A model generated the notes under the pieces. It did no database searches and was not told the origin of the DNA. It was given only the letters and a program-made list of their open reading frames with translations. Both the position numbers and the translations under genes were made by a program. A stretch of DNA of 64,000 nucleotides from Schmidtea polychroa (Eukaryota), in assembly GCA_044892525.1 (NCBI GenBank), contig CM097885.1:109430001-109494000 (forward strand), given 5' to 3'. Shown here one piece after another: positions 35,001-50,000 of this stretch (the first letter of the stretch is position 1; each line of letters starts with the position of its first letter).

Positions 35001-38000
35001 ATTTCCTTAATCTTTCAGCCTCTTCTTTATTCAATTCCAATTCCTTCGATTTGCAATCAATCACTTCTTGTAGTTTAGGAAGAACTGATTCCAATAAAGT
35101 TTTATTTGCTTTCCATTCGTTGGATCTTTCTGAGTCTGGCGTTTCATTGATTTTACTTTCAACTTTATCCATAGCCTTTGACAATTTCGATAAATCTTGT
35201 CCTTTCAATTTTATTTGATCATTCTTTGAATTTTCCACTAATTCTTTCAAGATTGTTTCAATTGGTCGTCGACTATTTTCAATTTCATCATGTCGAGATC
35301 TTCTAATTCGTTCCGCAATATCAGGAATGCTAGATTGAATTTGTACTGCTTCACATAAAATACCCATCAGAGGCTCATTAACAGTTGCGGTTAGTTTTAC
35401 GAGATCTTTTCCCTCCGAAACTTCTTTCAATAACATTTCTTCTAATTCAATCAGTTTCGATTCACTAATTTCATTTTTCAAAGCATCTTTAGCGACTTTT
35501 ATTCCATCAAGTAAATTCTCAACGTCTTTCCTGTTCAATAGTTTCTCTTTCTCACCTTCTTCGTCATCAAATAAACATTTAATTGCCTCCAATATTTTGT
35601 TACTATCCTCATCGCTATTATCTAATCGCTTTTCACTCTTTATGCCTAATGCTTTTAATTGTTCACAAATAGATTTGTCAATTTTCACTTTAGATCCACT
35701 TTCTAAAGACCTGTTTAAATCGTTTATAATTTCTTCCACAAATCTTCTTTCTTTTTCTCCAGTCTTTGATTTCGGAATCAATGATTTCATAATTTCCAAA
35801 CTTTCAACTAGTTCTTTGCCTTTCAAGTTGTTCAATTCACCTTTCTCCAGAGCATCGCATAATAATTTCTGACCACTTTCAAGTCCTACTTTTCGTTCCA
35901 TAGTTACTTCATCAATAATTTCGTCAACAATGTCTGCATTTCTAATTACTGTCGAATCTGGTACAATGGATTCTGAGATATCTTTGCACAATTTCCTTAA
36001 TCTTTCAGCCTCTTCTTTATTCAATTCCAATTCCTTCGATTTGCAATCAATCACTTCTTGTAGTTTAGGAAGAACTGATTCCAATAAAGTTTTATTTGCT
36101 TTCCATTCGTTGGATCTTTCTGAGTCTGGCGTTTCATTGATTTTACTTTCAACTTTATCCATAGCCTTTGACAATTTCGATAAATCTTGTCCTTTCAATT
36201 TTATTTGATCATTCTTTGAATTTTCCACTAATTCTTTCAAGATTGTTTCAATTGGTCGTCGACTATTTTCAATTTCATCATGTCGAGATCTTCTAATTCG
36301 TTCCGCAATATCAGGAATGCTAGATTGAATTTTTACTGCTTCACATAAAATACCCATCAGAGGCTCATTAACAGTTGCGGTTAGTTTTACGAGATCTTTT
36401 CCCTCCGAAACTTCTTTCAATAACATTTCTTCTAATTCAATCAGTTTCGATTCACTAATTTCATTTTTCAAAGCATCTTTAGCGACTTTTATTCCATCAA
36501 GTAAATTCTCAACGTCTTTCCTGTTCAATAGTTTCTCTTTATCACCTTCTTCGTCATCAAATAAACATTTAATTGCCTCCAATATTTTGTTACTATCCTC
36601 ATCGCTATTATCTAATCGCTTTTCACTCTTTATGCCTAATGCTTTTAATTGTTCACAAATAGATTTGTCAATTTTCACTTTAGATCCACTTTCTAAAGAC
36701 CTGTTTAAATCGTTTATAATTTCTTCCACAAATCTTCTTTCTTTTTCTCCAGTCTTTGATTTCGGAATCAATGATTTCATAATTTCCAAACTTTCAACTA
36801 GTTCTTTGCCTTTCAAGTTGTTCAATTCACCTTTCTCCAGAGCATCGCATAATAATTTCTGACCACTTTCAAGTCCTACTTTTCGTTCCATAGTTACTTC
36901 ATCAATAATTTCGTCAACAATGTCTGCATTTCTAATTACTGTCGAATCTGGTACAATGGATTCTGAGATATCTTTGCACAATTTCCTTAATCTTTCAGCC
37001 TCTTCTTTATTCAATTCCAATTCCTTCGATTTGCAATCAATCACTTCTTGTAGTTTAGGAAGAACTGATTCCAATAAAGTTTTATTTGCCTTCCATTCGT
37101 TGGATCTTTCTGAGTCTGGCGTTTCATTGATTTTACTTTCAACTTTATCCATAGCCTTTGACAATTTCGATAAATCTTTTCCTTTCAATTTTATTTGATC
37201 ATTCTTTGAATTTTCCACTAATTCTTTCAAGATTGTTTCAATTGGTCGTCGACTATTTTCAATTTCATAATGTCGAGATCTTCTAATTCGTTCCGCAATA
37301 TCAGGAATGCTAGATTGAATTTGTACTGCTTCACATAAAATACCCATCAGAGGCTCATTAACAGTTGCGGTTAGTTTTACGAGATCTTTTCCCTCCGAAA
37401 CTTCTTTCAATAACATTTCTTCTAATTCAATCAGTTTCGATTCACTAATTTCATTTTTCAAAGCATCTTTAGCGACTTTTATTCCATCAAGTAAATTCTC
37501 AACGTCTTTCCTGTTCAATAGTTTCTCTTTATCACCTTCTTCGTCATCAAATAAACATTTAATTGCCTCCAATATTTTGTTACTATCCTCATCGCTATTA
37601 TCTAATCGCTTTTCACTCTTTACGCCTAATGCTTTTAATTGTTCACAAATAGATTTGTCAATTTTCACTTTAGATCCACTTTCTAAAGACCTGTTTAAAT
37701 CGTTTATAATTTCTTCCACAAATCTTCTTTCTTTTTCTCCAGTCTTTGATTTCGGAATCAATGATTTCATAATTTCCAAACTTTCAACTAGTTCTTTGCC
37801 TTTCAAGTTGTTCAATTCACCTTTCTCCAGAGCATCGCATAATAATTTCTGACCACTTTCAAGTCCTACTTTTCGTTCCATAGTTACTTCATCAATAATT
37901 TCGTCAACAATGTCTGCATTTCTAATTACTGTCGAATCTGGTACAATGGATTCTGAGATATCTTTGCACAATTTCCTTAATCTTTCAGCCTCTTCTTTAT

Positions 38001-41000
38001 TCAATTCCAATTCCTTCGATTTGCAATCAATCACTTCTTGTAGTTTAGGAAGAACTGATTCCAATAAAGTTTTATTTGCTTTCCATTCGTTGGATCTTTC
38101 TGAGTCTGGCGTTTCATTGATTTTACTTTCAACTTTATCCATAGCCTTTGACAATTTCGATAAATCTTGTCCTTTCAATTTTATTTGATCATTCTTTGAA
38201 TTTTCCACTAATTCTTTCAAGATTGTTTCAATTGGTCGTCGACTATTTTCAATTTCATCATGTCGAGATCTTCTAATTCGTTCCGCAATATCAGGAATGC
38301 TAGATTGAATTTGTACTGCTTCACATAAAATACCCATCAGAGGCTCATTAACAGTTGCGGTTAGTTTTACGAGATCTTTTCCCTCCGAAACTTCTTTCAA
38401 TAACATTTCTTCTAATTCAATCAGTTTCGATTCACTAATTTCATTTTTCAAAGCATCTTTAGCGACTTTTATTCCATCAAGTAAATTCTCAACGTCTTTC
38501 CTGTTCAATAGTTTCTCTTTCTCACCTTCTTCGTCATCAAATAAACATTTAATTGCCTCCAATATTTTGTTACTATCCTCATCGCTATTATCTAATCGCT
38601 TTTCACTCTTTATGCCTAATGCTTTTAATTGTTCACAAATAGATTTGTCAATTTTCACTTTAGATCCACTTTCTAAAGACCTGTTTAAATCGTTTATAAT
38701 TTCTTCCACAAATCTTCTTTCTTTTTCTCCAGTCTTTGATTTCGGAATCAATGATTTCATAATTTCCAAACTTTCAACTAGTTCTTTGCCTTTCAAGTTG
38801 TTCAATTCACCTTTCTCCAGAGCATCGCATAATAATTTCTGACCACTTTCAAGTCCTACTTTTCGTTCCATAGTTACTTCATCAATAATTTCGTCAACAA
38901 TGTCTGCATTTCTAATTACTGTCGAATCTGGTACAATGGATTCTGAGATATCTTTGCACAATTTCCTTAATCTTTCAGCCTCTTCTTTATTCAATTCCAA
39001 TTCCTTCGATTTGCAATCAATCACTTCTTGTAGTTTAGGAAGAACTGATTCCAATAAAGTTTTATTTGCTTTCCATTCGTTGGATCTTTCTGAGTCTGGC
39101 GTTTCATTGATTTTACTTTCAACTTTATCCATAGCCTTTGACAATTTCGATAAATCTTGTCCTTTCAATTTTATTTGATCATTCTTTGAATTTTCCACTA
39201 ATTCTTTCAAGATTGTTTCAATTGGTCGTCGACTATTTTCAATTTCATCATGTCGAGATCTTCTAATTCGTTCCGCAATATCAGGAATGCTAGATTGAAT
39301 TTGTACTGCTTCACATAAAATACCCATCAGAGGCTCATTAACAGTTGCGGTTAGTTTTACGAGATCTTTTCCCTCCGAAACTTCTTTCAATAACATTTCT
39401 TCTAATTCAATCAGTTTCGATTCACTAATTTCATTTTTCAAAGCATCTTTAGCGACTTTTATTCCATCAAGTAAATTCTCAACGTCTTTCCTGTTCAATA
39501 GTTTCTCTTTCTCACCTTCTTCGTCATCAAATAAACATTTAATTGCCTCCAATATTTTGTTACTATCCTCATCGCTATTATCTAATCGCTTTTCACTCTT
39601 TATGCCTAATGCTTTTAATTGTTCACAAATAGATTTGTCAATTTTCACTTTAGATCCACTTTCTAAAGACCTGTTTAAATCGTTTATAATTTCTTCCACA
39701 AATCTTCTTTCTTTTTCTCCAGTCTTTGATTTCGGAATCAATGATTTCATAATTTCCAAACTTTCAACTAGTTCTTTGCCTTTCAAGTTGTTCAATTCAC
39801 CTTTCTCCAGAGCATCGCATAATAATTTCTGACCACTTTCAAGTCCTACTTTTCGTTCCATAGTTACTTCATCAATAATTTCGTCAACAATGTCTGCATT
39901 TCTAATTACTGTCGAATCTGGTACAATGGATTCTGAGATATCTTTGCACAATTTCCTTAATCTTTCAGCCTCTTCTTTATTCAATTCCAATTCCTTCGAT
40001 TTGCAATCAATCACTTCTTGTAGTTTAGGAAGAACTGATTCCAATAAAGTTTTATTTGCTTTCCATTCGTTGGATCTTTCTGAGTCTGGCGTTTCATTGA
40101 TTTTACTTTCAACTTTATCCATAGCCTTTGACAATTTCGATAAATCTTGTCCTTTCAATTTTATTTGATCATTCTTTGAATTTTCCACTAATTCTTTCAA
40201 GATTGTTTCAATTGGTCGTCGACTATTTTCAATTTCATCATGTCGAGATCTTCTAATTCGTTCCGCAATATCAGGAATGCTAGATTGAATTTGTACTGCT
40301 TCACATAAAATACCCATCAGAGGCTCATTAACAGTTGCGGTTAGTTTTACGAGATCTTTTCCCTCCGAAACTTCTTTCAATAACATTTCTTCTAATTCAA
40401 TCAGTTTCGATTCACTAATTTCATTTTTCAAAGCATCTTTAGCGACTTTTATTCCATCAAGTAAATTCTCAACGTCTTTCCTGTTCAATAGTTTCTCTTT
40501 CTCACCTTCTTCGTCATCAAATAAACATTTAATTGCCTCCAATATTTTGTTACTATCCTCATCGCTATTATCTAATCGCTTTTCACTCTTTATGCCTAAT
40601 GCTTTTAATTGTTCACAAATAGATTTGTCAATTTTCACTTTAGATCCACTTTCTAAAGACCTGTTTAAATCGTTTATAATTTCTTCCACAAATCTTCTTT
40701 CTTTTTCTCCAGTCTTTGATTTCGGAATCAATGATTTCATAATTTCCAAACTTTCAACTAGTTCTTTGCCTTTCAAGTTGTTCAATTCACCTTTCTCCAG
40801 AGCATCGCATAATAATTTCTGACCACTTTCAAGTCCTACTTTTCGTTCCATAGTTACTTCATCAATAATTTCGTCAACAATGTCTGCATTTCTAATTACT
40901 GTCGAATCTGGTACAATGGATTCTGAGATATCTTTGCACAATTTCCTTAATCTTTCAGCCTCTTCTTTATTCAATTCCAATTCCTTCGATTTGCAATCAA

Positions 41001-44000
41001 TCACTTCTTGTAGTTTAGGAAGAACTGATTCCAATAAAGTTTTATTTGCTTTCCATTCGTTGGATCTTTCTGAGTCTGGCGTTTCATTGATTTTACTTTC
41101 AACTTTATCCATAGCCTTTGACAATTTCGATAAATCTTGTCCTTTCAATTTTATTTGATCATTCTTTGAATTTTCCACTAATTCTTTCAAGATTGTTTCA
41201 ATTGGTCGTCGACTATTTTCAATTTCATCATGTCGAGATCTTCTAATTCGTTCCGCAATATCAGGAATGCTAGATTGAATTTTTACTGCTTCACATAAAA
41301 TACCCATCAGAGGCTCATTAACAGTTGCGGTTAGTTTTACGAGATCTTTTCCCTCCGAAACTTCTTTCAATAACATTTCTTCTAATTCAATCAGTTTCGA
41401 TTCACTAATTTCATTTTTCAAAGCATCTTTAGCGACTTTTATTCCATCAAGTAAATTCTCAACGTCTTTCCTGTTCAATAGTTTCTCTTTATCACCTTCT
41501 TCGTCATCAAATAAACATTTAATTGCCTCCAATATTTTGTTACTATCCTCATCGCTATTATCTAATCGCTTTTCACTCTTTATGCCTAATGCTTTTAATT
41601 GTTCACAAATAGATTTGTCAATTTTCACTTTAGATCCACTTTCTAAAGACCTGTTTAAATCGTTTATAATTTCTTCCACAAATCTTCTTTCTTTTTCTCC
41701 AGTCTTTGATTTCGGAATCAATGATTTCATAATTTCCAAACTTTCAACTAGTTCTTTGCCTTTCAAGTTGTTCAATTCACCTTTCTCCAGAGCATCGCAT
41801 AATAATTTCTGACCACTTTCAAGTCCTACTTTTCGTTCCATAGTTACTTCATCAATAATTTCGTCAACAATGTCTGCATTTCTAATTACTGTCGAATCTG
41901 GTACAATGGATTCTGAGATATCTTTGCACAATTTCCTTAATCTTTCAGCCTCTTCTTTATTCAATTCCAATTCCTTCGATTTGCAATCAATCACTTCTTG
42001 TAGTTTAGGAAGAACTGATTCCAATAAAGTTTTATTTGCCTTCCATTCGTTGGATCTTTCTGAGTCTGGCGTTTCATTGATTTTACTTTCAACTTTATCC
42101 ATAGCCTTTGACAATTTCGATAAATCTTTTCCTTTCAATTTTATTTGATCATTCTTTGAATTTTCCACTAATTCTTTCAAGATTGTTTCAATTGGTCGTC
42201 GACTATTTTCAATTTCATAATGTCGAGATCTTCTAATTCGTTCCGCAATATCAGGAATGCTAGATTGAATTTGTACTGCTTCACATAAAATACCCATCAG
42301 AGGCTCATTAACAGTTGCGGTTAGTTTTACGAGATCTTTTCCCTCCGAAACTTCTTTCAATAACATTTCTTCTAATTCAATCAGTTTCGATTCACTAATT
42401 TCATTTTTCAAAGCATCTTTAGCGACTTTTATTCCATCAAGTAAATTCTCAACGTCTTTCCTGTTCAATAGTTTCTCTTTATCACCTTCTTCGTCATCAA
42501 ATAAACATTTAATTGCCTCCAATATTTTGTTACTATCCTCATCGCTATTATCTAATCGCTTTTCACTCTTTACGCCTAATGCTTTTAATTGTTCACAAAT
42601 AGATTTGTCAATTTTCACTTTAGATCCACTTTCTAAAGACCTGTTTAAATCGTTTATAATTTCTTCCACAAATCTTCTTTCTTTTTCTCCAGTCTTTGAT
42701 TTCGGAATCAATGATTTCATAATTTCCAAACTTTCAACTAGTTCTTTGCCTTTCAAGTTGTTCAATTCACCTTTCTCCAGAGCATCGCATAATAATTTCT
42801 GACCACTTTCAAGTCCTACTTTTCGTTCCATAGTTACTTCATCAATAATTTCGTCAACAATGTCTGCATTTCTAATTACTGTCGAATCTGGTACAATGGA
42901 TTCTGAGATATCTTTGCACAATTTCCTTAATCTTTCAGCCTCTTCTTTATTCAATTCCAATTCCTTCGATTTGCAATCAATCACTTCTTGTAGTTTAGGA
43001 AGAACTGATTCCAATAAAGTTTTATTTGCTTTCCATTCGTTGGATCTTTCTGAGTCTGGCGTTTCATTGATTTTACTTTCAACTTTATCCATAGCCTTTG
43101 ACAATTTCGATAAATCTTGTCCTTTCAATTTTATTTGATCATTCTTTGAATTTTCCACTAATTCTTTCAAGATTGTTTCAATTGGTCGTCGACTATTTTC
43201 AATTTCATCATGTCGAGATCTTCTAATTCGTTCCGCAATATCAGGAATGCTAGATTGAATTTGTACTGCTTCACATAAAATACCCATCAGAGGCTCATTA
43301 ACAGTTGCGGTTAGTTTTACGAGATCTTTTCCCTCCGAAACTTCTTTCAATAACATTTCTTCTAATTCAATCAGTTTCGATTCACTAATTTCATTTTTCA
43401 AAGCATCTTTAGCGACTTTTATTCCATCAAGTAAATTCTCAACGTCTTTCCTGTTCAATAGTTTCTCTTTCTCACCTTCTTCGTCATCAAATAAACATTT
43501 AATTGCCTCCAATATTTTGTTACTATCCTCATCGCTATTATCTAATCGCTTTTCACTCTTTATGCCTAATGCTTTTAATTGTTCACAAATAGATTTGTCA
43601 ATTTTCACTTTAGATCCACTTTCTAAAGACCTGTTTAAATCGTTTATAATTTCTTCCACAAATCTTCTTTCTTTTTCTCCAGTCTTTGATTTCGGAATCA
43701 ATGATTTCATAATTTCCAAACTTTCAACTAGTTCTTTGCCTTTCAAGTTGTTCAATTCACCTTTCTCCAGAGCATCGCATAATAATTTCTGACCACTTTC
43801 AAGTCCTACTTTTCGTTCCATAGTTACTTCATCAATAATTTCGTCAACAATGTCTGCATTTCTAATTACTGTCGAATCTGGTACAATGGATTCTGAGATA
43901 TCTTTGCACAATTTCCTTAATCTTTCAGCCTCTTCTTTATTCAATTCCAATTCCTTCGATTTGCAATCAATCACTTCTTGTAGTTTAGGAAGAACTGATT

Positions 44001-47000
44001 CCAATAAAGTTTTATTTGCTTTCCATTCGTTGGATCTTTCTGAGTCTGGCGTTTCATTGATTTTACTTTCAACTTTATCCATAGCCTTTGACAATTTCGA
44101 TAAATCTTGTCCTTTCAATTTTATTTGATCATTCTTTGAATTTTCCACTAATTCTTTCAAGATTGTTTCAATTGGTCGTCGACTATTTTCAATTTCATCA
44201 TGTCGAGATCTTCTAATTCGTTCCGCAATATCAGGAATGCTAGATTGAATTTGTACTGCTTCACATAAAATACCCATCAGAGGCTCATTAACAGTTGCGG
44301 TTAGTTTTACGAGATCTTTTCCCTCCGAAACTTCTTTCAATAACATTTCTTCTAATTCAATCAGTTTCGATTCACTAATTTCATTTTTCAAAGCATCTTT
44401 AGCGACTTTTATTCCATCAAGTAAATTCTCAACGTCTTTCCTGTTCAATAGTTTCTCTTTCTCACCTTCTTCGTCATCAAATAAACATTTAATTGCCTCC
44501 AATATTTTGTTACTATCCTCATCGCTATTATCTAATCGCTTTTCACTCTTTATGCCTAATGCTTTTAATTGTTCACAAATAGATTTGTCAATTTTCACTT
44601 TAGATCCACTTTCTAAAGACCTGTTTAAATCGTTTATAATTTCTTCCACAAATCTTCTTTCTTTTTCTCCAGTCTTTGATTTCGGAATCAATGATTTCAT
44701 AATTTCCAAACTTTCAACTAGTTCTTTGCCTTTCAAGTTGTTCAATTCACCTTTCTCCAGAGCATCGCATAATAATTTCTGACCACTTTCAAGTCCTACT
44801 TTTCGTTCCATAGTTACTTCATCAATAATTTCGTCAACAATGTCTGCATTTCTAATTACTGTCGAATCTGGTACAATGGATTCTGAGATATCTTTGCACA
44901 ATTTCCTTAATCTTTCAGCCTCTTCTTTATTCAATTCCAATTCCTTCGATTTGCAATCAATCACTTCTTGTAGTTTAGGAAGAACTGATTCCAATAAAGT
45001 TTTATTTGCTTTCCATTCGTTGGATCTTTCTGAGTCTGGCGTTTCATTGATTTTACTTTCAACTTTATCCATAGCCTTTGACAATTTCGATAAATCTTGT
45101 CCTTTCAATTTTATTTGATCATTCTTTGAATTTTCCACTAATTCTTTCAAGATTGTTTCAATTGGTCGTCGACTATTTTCAATTTCATCATGTCGAGATC
45201 TTCTAATTCGTTCCGCAATATCAGGAATGCTAGATTGAATTTTTACTGCTTCACATAAAATACCCATCAGAGGCTCATTAACAGTTGCGGTTAGTTTTAC
45301 GAGATCTTTTCCCTCCGAAACTTCTTTCAATAACATTTCTTCTAATTCAATCAGTTTCGATTCACTAATTTCATTTTTCAAAGCATCTTTAGCGACTTTT
45401 ATTCCATCAAGTAAATTCTCAACGTCTTTCCTGTTCAATAGTTTCTCTTTATCACCTTCTTCGTCATCAAATAAACATTTAATTGCCTCCAATATTTTGT
45501 TACTATCCTCATCGCTATTATCTAATCGCTTTTCACTCTTTATGCCTAATGCTTTTAATTGTTCACAAATAGATTTGTCAATTTTCACTTTAGATCCACT
45601 TTCTAAAGACCTGTTTAAATCGTTTATAATTTCTTCCACAAATCTTCTTTCTTTTTCTCCAGTCTTTGATTTCGGAATCAATGATTTCATAATTTCCAAA
45701 CTTTCAACTAGTTCTTTGCCTTTCAAGTTGTTCAATTCACCTTTCTCCAGAGCATCGCATAATAATTTCTGACCACTTTCAAGTCCTACTTTTCGTTCCA
45801 TAGTTACTTCATCAATAATTTCGTCAACAATGTCTGCATTTCTAATTACTGTCGAATCTGGTACAATGGATTCTGAGATATCTTTGCACAATTTCCTTAA
45901 TCTTTCAGCCTCTTCTTTATTCAATTCCAATTCCTTCGATTTGCAATCAATCACTTCTTGTAGTTTAGGAAGAACTGATTCCAATAAAGTTTTATTTGCC
46001 TTCCATTCGTTGGATCTTTCTGAGTCTGGCGTTTCATTGATTTTACTTTCAACTTTATCCATAGCCTTTGACAATTTCGATAAATCTTTTCCTTTCAATT
46101 TTATTTGATCATTCTTTGAATTTTCCACTAATTCTTTCAAGATTGTTTCAATTGGTCGTCGACTATTTTCAATTTCATCATGTCGAGATCTTCTAATTCG
46201 TTCCGCAATATCAGGAATGCTAGATTGAATTTGTACTGCTTCACATAAAATACCCATCAGAGGCTCATTAACAGTTGCGGTTAGTTTTACGAGATCTTTT
46301 CCCTCCGAAACTTCTTTCAATAACATTTCTTCTAATTCAATCAGTTTCGATTCACTAATTTCATTTTTCAAAGCATCTTTAGCGACTTTTATTCCATCAA
46401 GTAAATTCTCAACGTCTTTCCTGTTCAATAGTTTCTCTTTATCACCTTCTTCGTCATCAAATAAACATTTAATTGCCTCCAATATTTTGTTACTATCCTC
46501 ATCGCTATTATCTAATCGCTTTTCACTCTTTACGCCTAATGCTTTTAATTGTTCACAAATAGATTTGTCAATTTTCACTTTAGATCCACTTTCTAAAGAC
46601 CTGTTTAAATCGTTTATAATTTCTTCCACAAATCTTCTTTCTTTTTCTCCAGTCTTTGATTTCGGAATCAATGATTTCATAATTTCCAAACTTTCAACTA
46701 GTTCTTTGCCTTTCAAGTTGTTCAATTCACCTTTCTCCAGAGCATCGCATAATAATTTCTGACCACTTTCAAGTCCTACTTTTCGTTCCATAGTTACTTC
46801 ATCAATAATTTCGTCAACAATGTCTGCATTTCTAATTACTGTCGAATCTGGTACAATGGATTCTGAGATATCTTTGCACAATTTCCTTAATCTTTCAGCC
46901 TCTTCTTTATTCAATTCCAATTCCTTCGATTTGCAATCAATCACTTCTTGTAGTTTAGGAAGAACTGATTCCAATAAAGTTTTATTTGCTTTCCATTCGT

Positions 47001-50000
47001 TGGATCTTTCTGAGTCTGGCGTTTCATTGATTTTACTTTCAACTTTATCCATAGCCTTTGACAATTTCGATAAATCTTGTCCTTTCAATTTTATTTGATC
47101 ATTCTTTGAATTTTCCACTAATTCTTTCAAGATTGTTTCAATTGGTCGTCGACTATTTTCAATTTCATCATGTCGAGATCTTCTAATTCGTTCCGCAATA
47201 TCAGGAATGCTAGATTGAATTTGTACTGCTTCACATAAAATACCCATCAGAGGCTCATTAACAGTTGCGGTTAGTTTTACGAGATCTTTTCCCTCCGAAA
47301 CTTCTTTCAATAACATTTCTTCTAATTCAATCAGTTTCGATTCACTAATTTCATTTTTCAAAGCATCTTTAGCGACTTTTATTCCATCAAGTAAATTCTC
47401 AACGTCTTTCCTGTTCAATAGTTTCTCTTTCTCACCTTCTTCGTCATCAAATAAACATTTAATTGCCTCCAATATTTTGTTACTATCCTCATCGCTATTA
47501 TCTAATCGCTTTTCACTCTTTATGCCTAATGCTTTTAATTGTTCACAAATAGATTTGTCAATTTTCACTTTAGATCCACTTTCTAAAGACCTGTTTAAAT
47601 CGTTTATAATTTCTTCCACAAATCTTCTTTCTTTTTCTCCAGTCTTTGATTTCGGAATCAATGATTTCATAATTTCCAAACTTTCAACTAGTTCTTTGCC
47701 TTTCAAGTTGTTCAATTCACCTTTCTCCAGAGCATCGCATAATAATTTCTGACCACTTTCAAGTCCTACTTTTCGTTCCATAGTTACTTCATCAATAATT
47801 TCGTCAACAATGTCTGCATTTCTAATTACTGTCGAATCTGGTACAATGGATTCTGAGATATCTTTGCACAATTTCCTTAATCTTTCAGCCTCTTCTTTAT
47901 TCAATTCCAATTCCTTCGATTTGCAATCAATCACTTCTTGTAGTTTAGGAAGAACTGATTCCAATAAAGTTTTATTTGCTTTCCATTCGTTGGATCTTTC
48001 TGAGTCTGGCGTTTCATTGATTTTACTTTCAACTTTATCCATAGCCTTTGACAATTTCGATAAATCTTGTCCTTTCAATTTTATTTGATCATTCTTTGAA
48101 TTTTCCACTAATTCTTTCAAGATTGTTTCAATTGGTCGTCGACTATTTTCAATTTCATCATGTCGAGATCTTCTAATTCGTTCCGCAATATCAGGAATGC
48201 TAGATTGAATTTTTACTGCTTCACATAAAATACCCATCAGAGGCTCATTAACAGTTGCGGTTAGTTTTACGAGATCTTTTCCCTCCGAAACTTCTTTCAA
48301 TAACATTTCTTCTAATTCAATCAGTTTCGATTCACTAATTTCATTTTTCAAAGCATCTTTAGCGACTTTTATTCCATCAAGTAAATTCTCAACGTCTTTC
48401 CTGTTCAATAGTTTCTCTTTATCACCTTCTTCGTCATCAAATAAACATTTAATTGCCTCCAATATTTTGTTACTATCCTCATCGCTATTATCTAATCGCT
48501 TTTCACTCTTTATGCCTAATGCTTTTAATTGTTCACAAATAGATTTGTCAATTTTCACTTTAGATCCACTTTCTAAAGACCTGTTTAAATCGTTTATAAT
48601 TTCTTCCACAAATCTTCTTTCTTTTTCTCCAGTCTTTGATTTCGGAATCAATGATTTCATAATTTCCAAACTTTCAACTAGTTCTTTGCCTTTCAAGTTG
48701 TTCAATTCACCTTTCTCCAGAGCATCGCATAATAATTTCTGACCACTTTCAAGTCCTACTTTTCGTTCCATAGTTACTTCATCAATAATTTCGTCAACAA
48801 TGTCTGCATTTCTAATTACTGTCGAATCTGGTACAATGGATTCTGAGATATCTTTGCACAATTTCCTTAATCTTTCAGCCTCTTCTTTATTCAATTCCAA
48901 TTCCTTCGATTTGCAATCAATCACTTCTTGTAGTTTAGGAAGAACTGATTCCAATAAAGTTTTATTTGCCTTCCATTCGTTGGATCTTTCTGAGTCTGGC
49001 GTTTCATTGATTTTACTTTCAACTTTATCCATAGCCTTTGACAATTTCGATAAATCTTTTCCTTTCAATTTTATTTGATCATTCTTTGAATTTTCCACTA
49101 ATTCTTTCAAGATTGTTTCAATTGGTCGTCGACTATTTTCAATTTCATCATGTCGAGATCTTCTAATTCGTTCCGCAATATCAGGAATGCTAGATTGAAT
49201 TTGTACTGCTTCACATAAAATACCCATCAGAGGCTCATTAACAGTTGCGGTTAGTTTTACGAGATCTTTTCCCTCCGAAACTTCTTTCAATAACATTTCT
49301 TCTAATTCAATCAGTTTCGATTCACTAATTTCATTTTTCAAAGCATCTTTAGCGACTTTTATTCCATCAAGTAAATTCTCAACGTCTTTCCTGTTCAATA
49401 GTTTCTCTTTATCACCTTCTTCGTCATCAAATAAACATTTAATTGCCTCCAATATTTTGTTACTATCCTCATCGCTATTATCTAATCGCTTTTCACTCTT
49501 TACGCCTAATGCTTTTAATTGTTCACAAATAGATTTGTCAATTTTCACTTTAGATCCACTTTCTAAAGACCTGTTTAAATCGTTTATAATTTCTTCCACA
49601 AATCTTCTTTCTTTTTCTCCAGTCTTTGATTTCGGAATCAATGATTTCATAATTTCCAAACTTTCAACTAGTTCTTTGCCTTTCAAGTTGTTCAATTCAC
49701 CTTTCTCCAGAGCATCGCATAATAATTTCTGACCACTTTCAAGTCCTACTTTTCGTTCCATAGTTACTTCATCAATAATTTCGTCAACAATGTCTGCATT
49801 TCTAATTACTGTCGAATCTGGTACAATGGATTCTGAGATATCTTTGCACAATTTCCTTAATCTTTCAGCCTCTTCTTTATTCAATTCCAATTCCTTCGAT
49901 TTGCAATCAATCACTTCTTGTAGTTTAGGAAGAACTGATTCCAATAAAGTTTTATTTGCTTTCCATTCGTTGGATCTTTCTGAGTCTGGCGTTTCATTGA

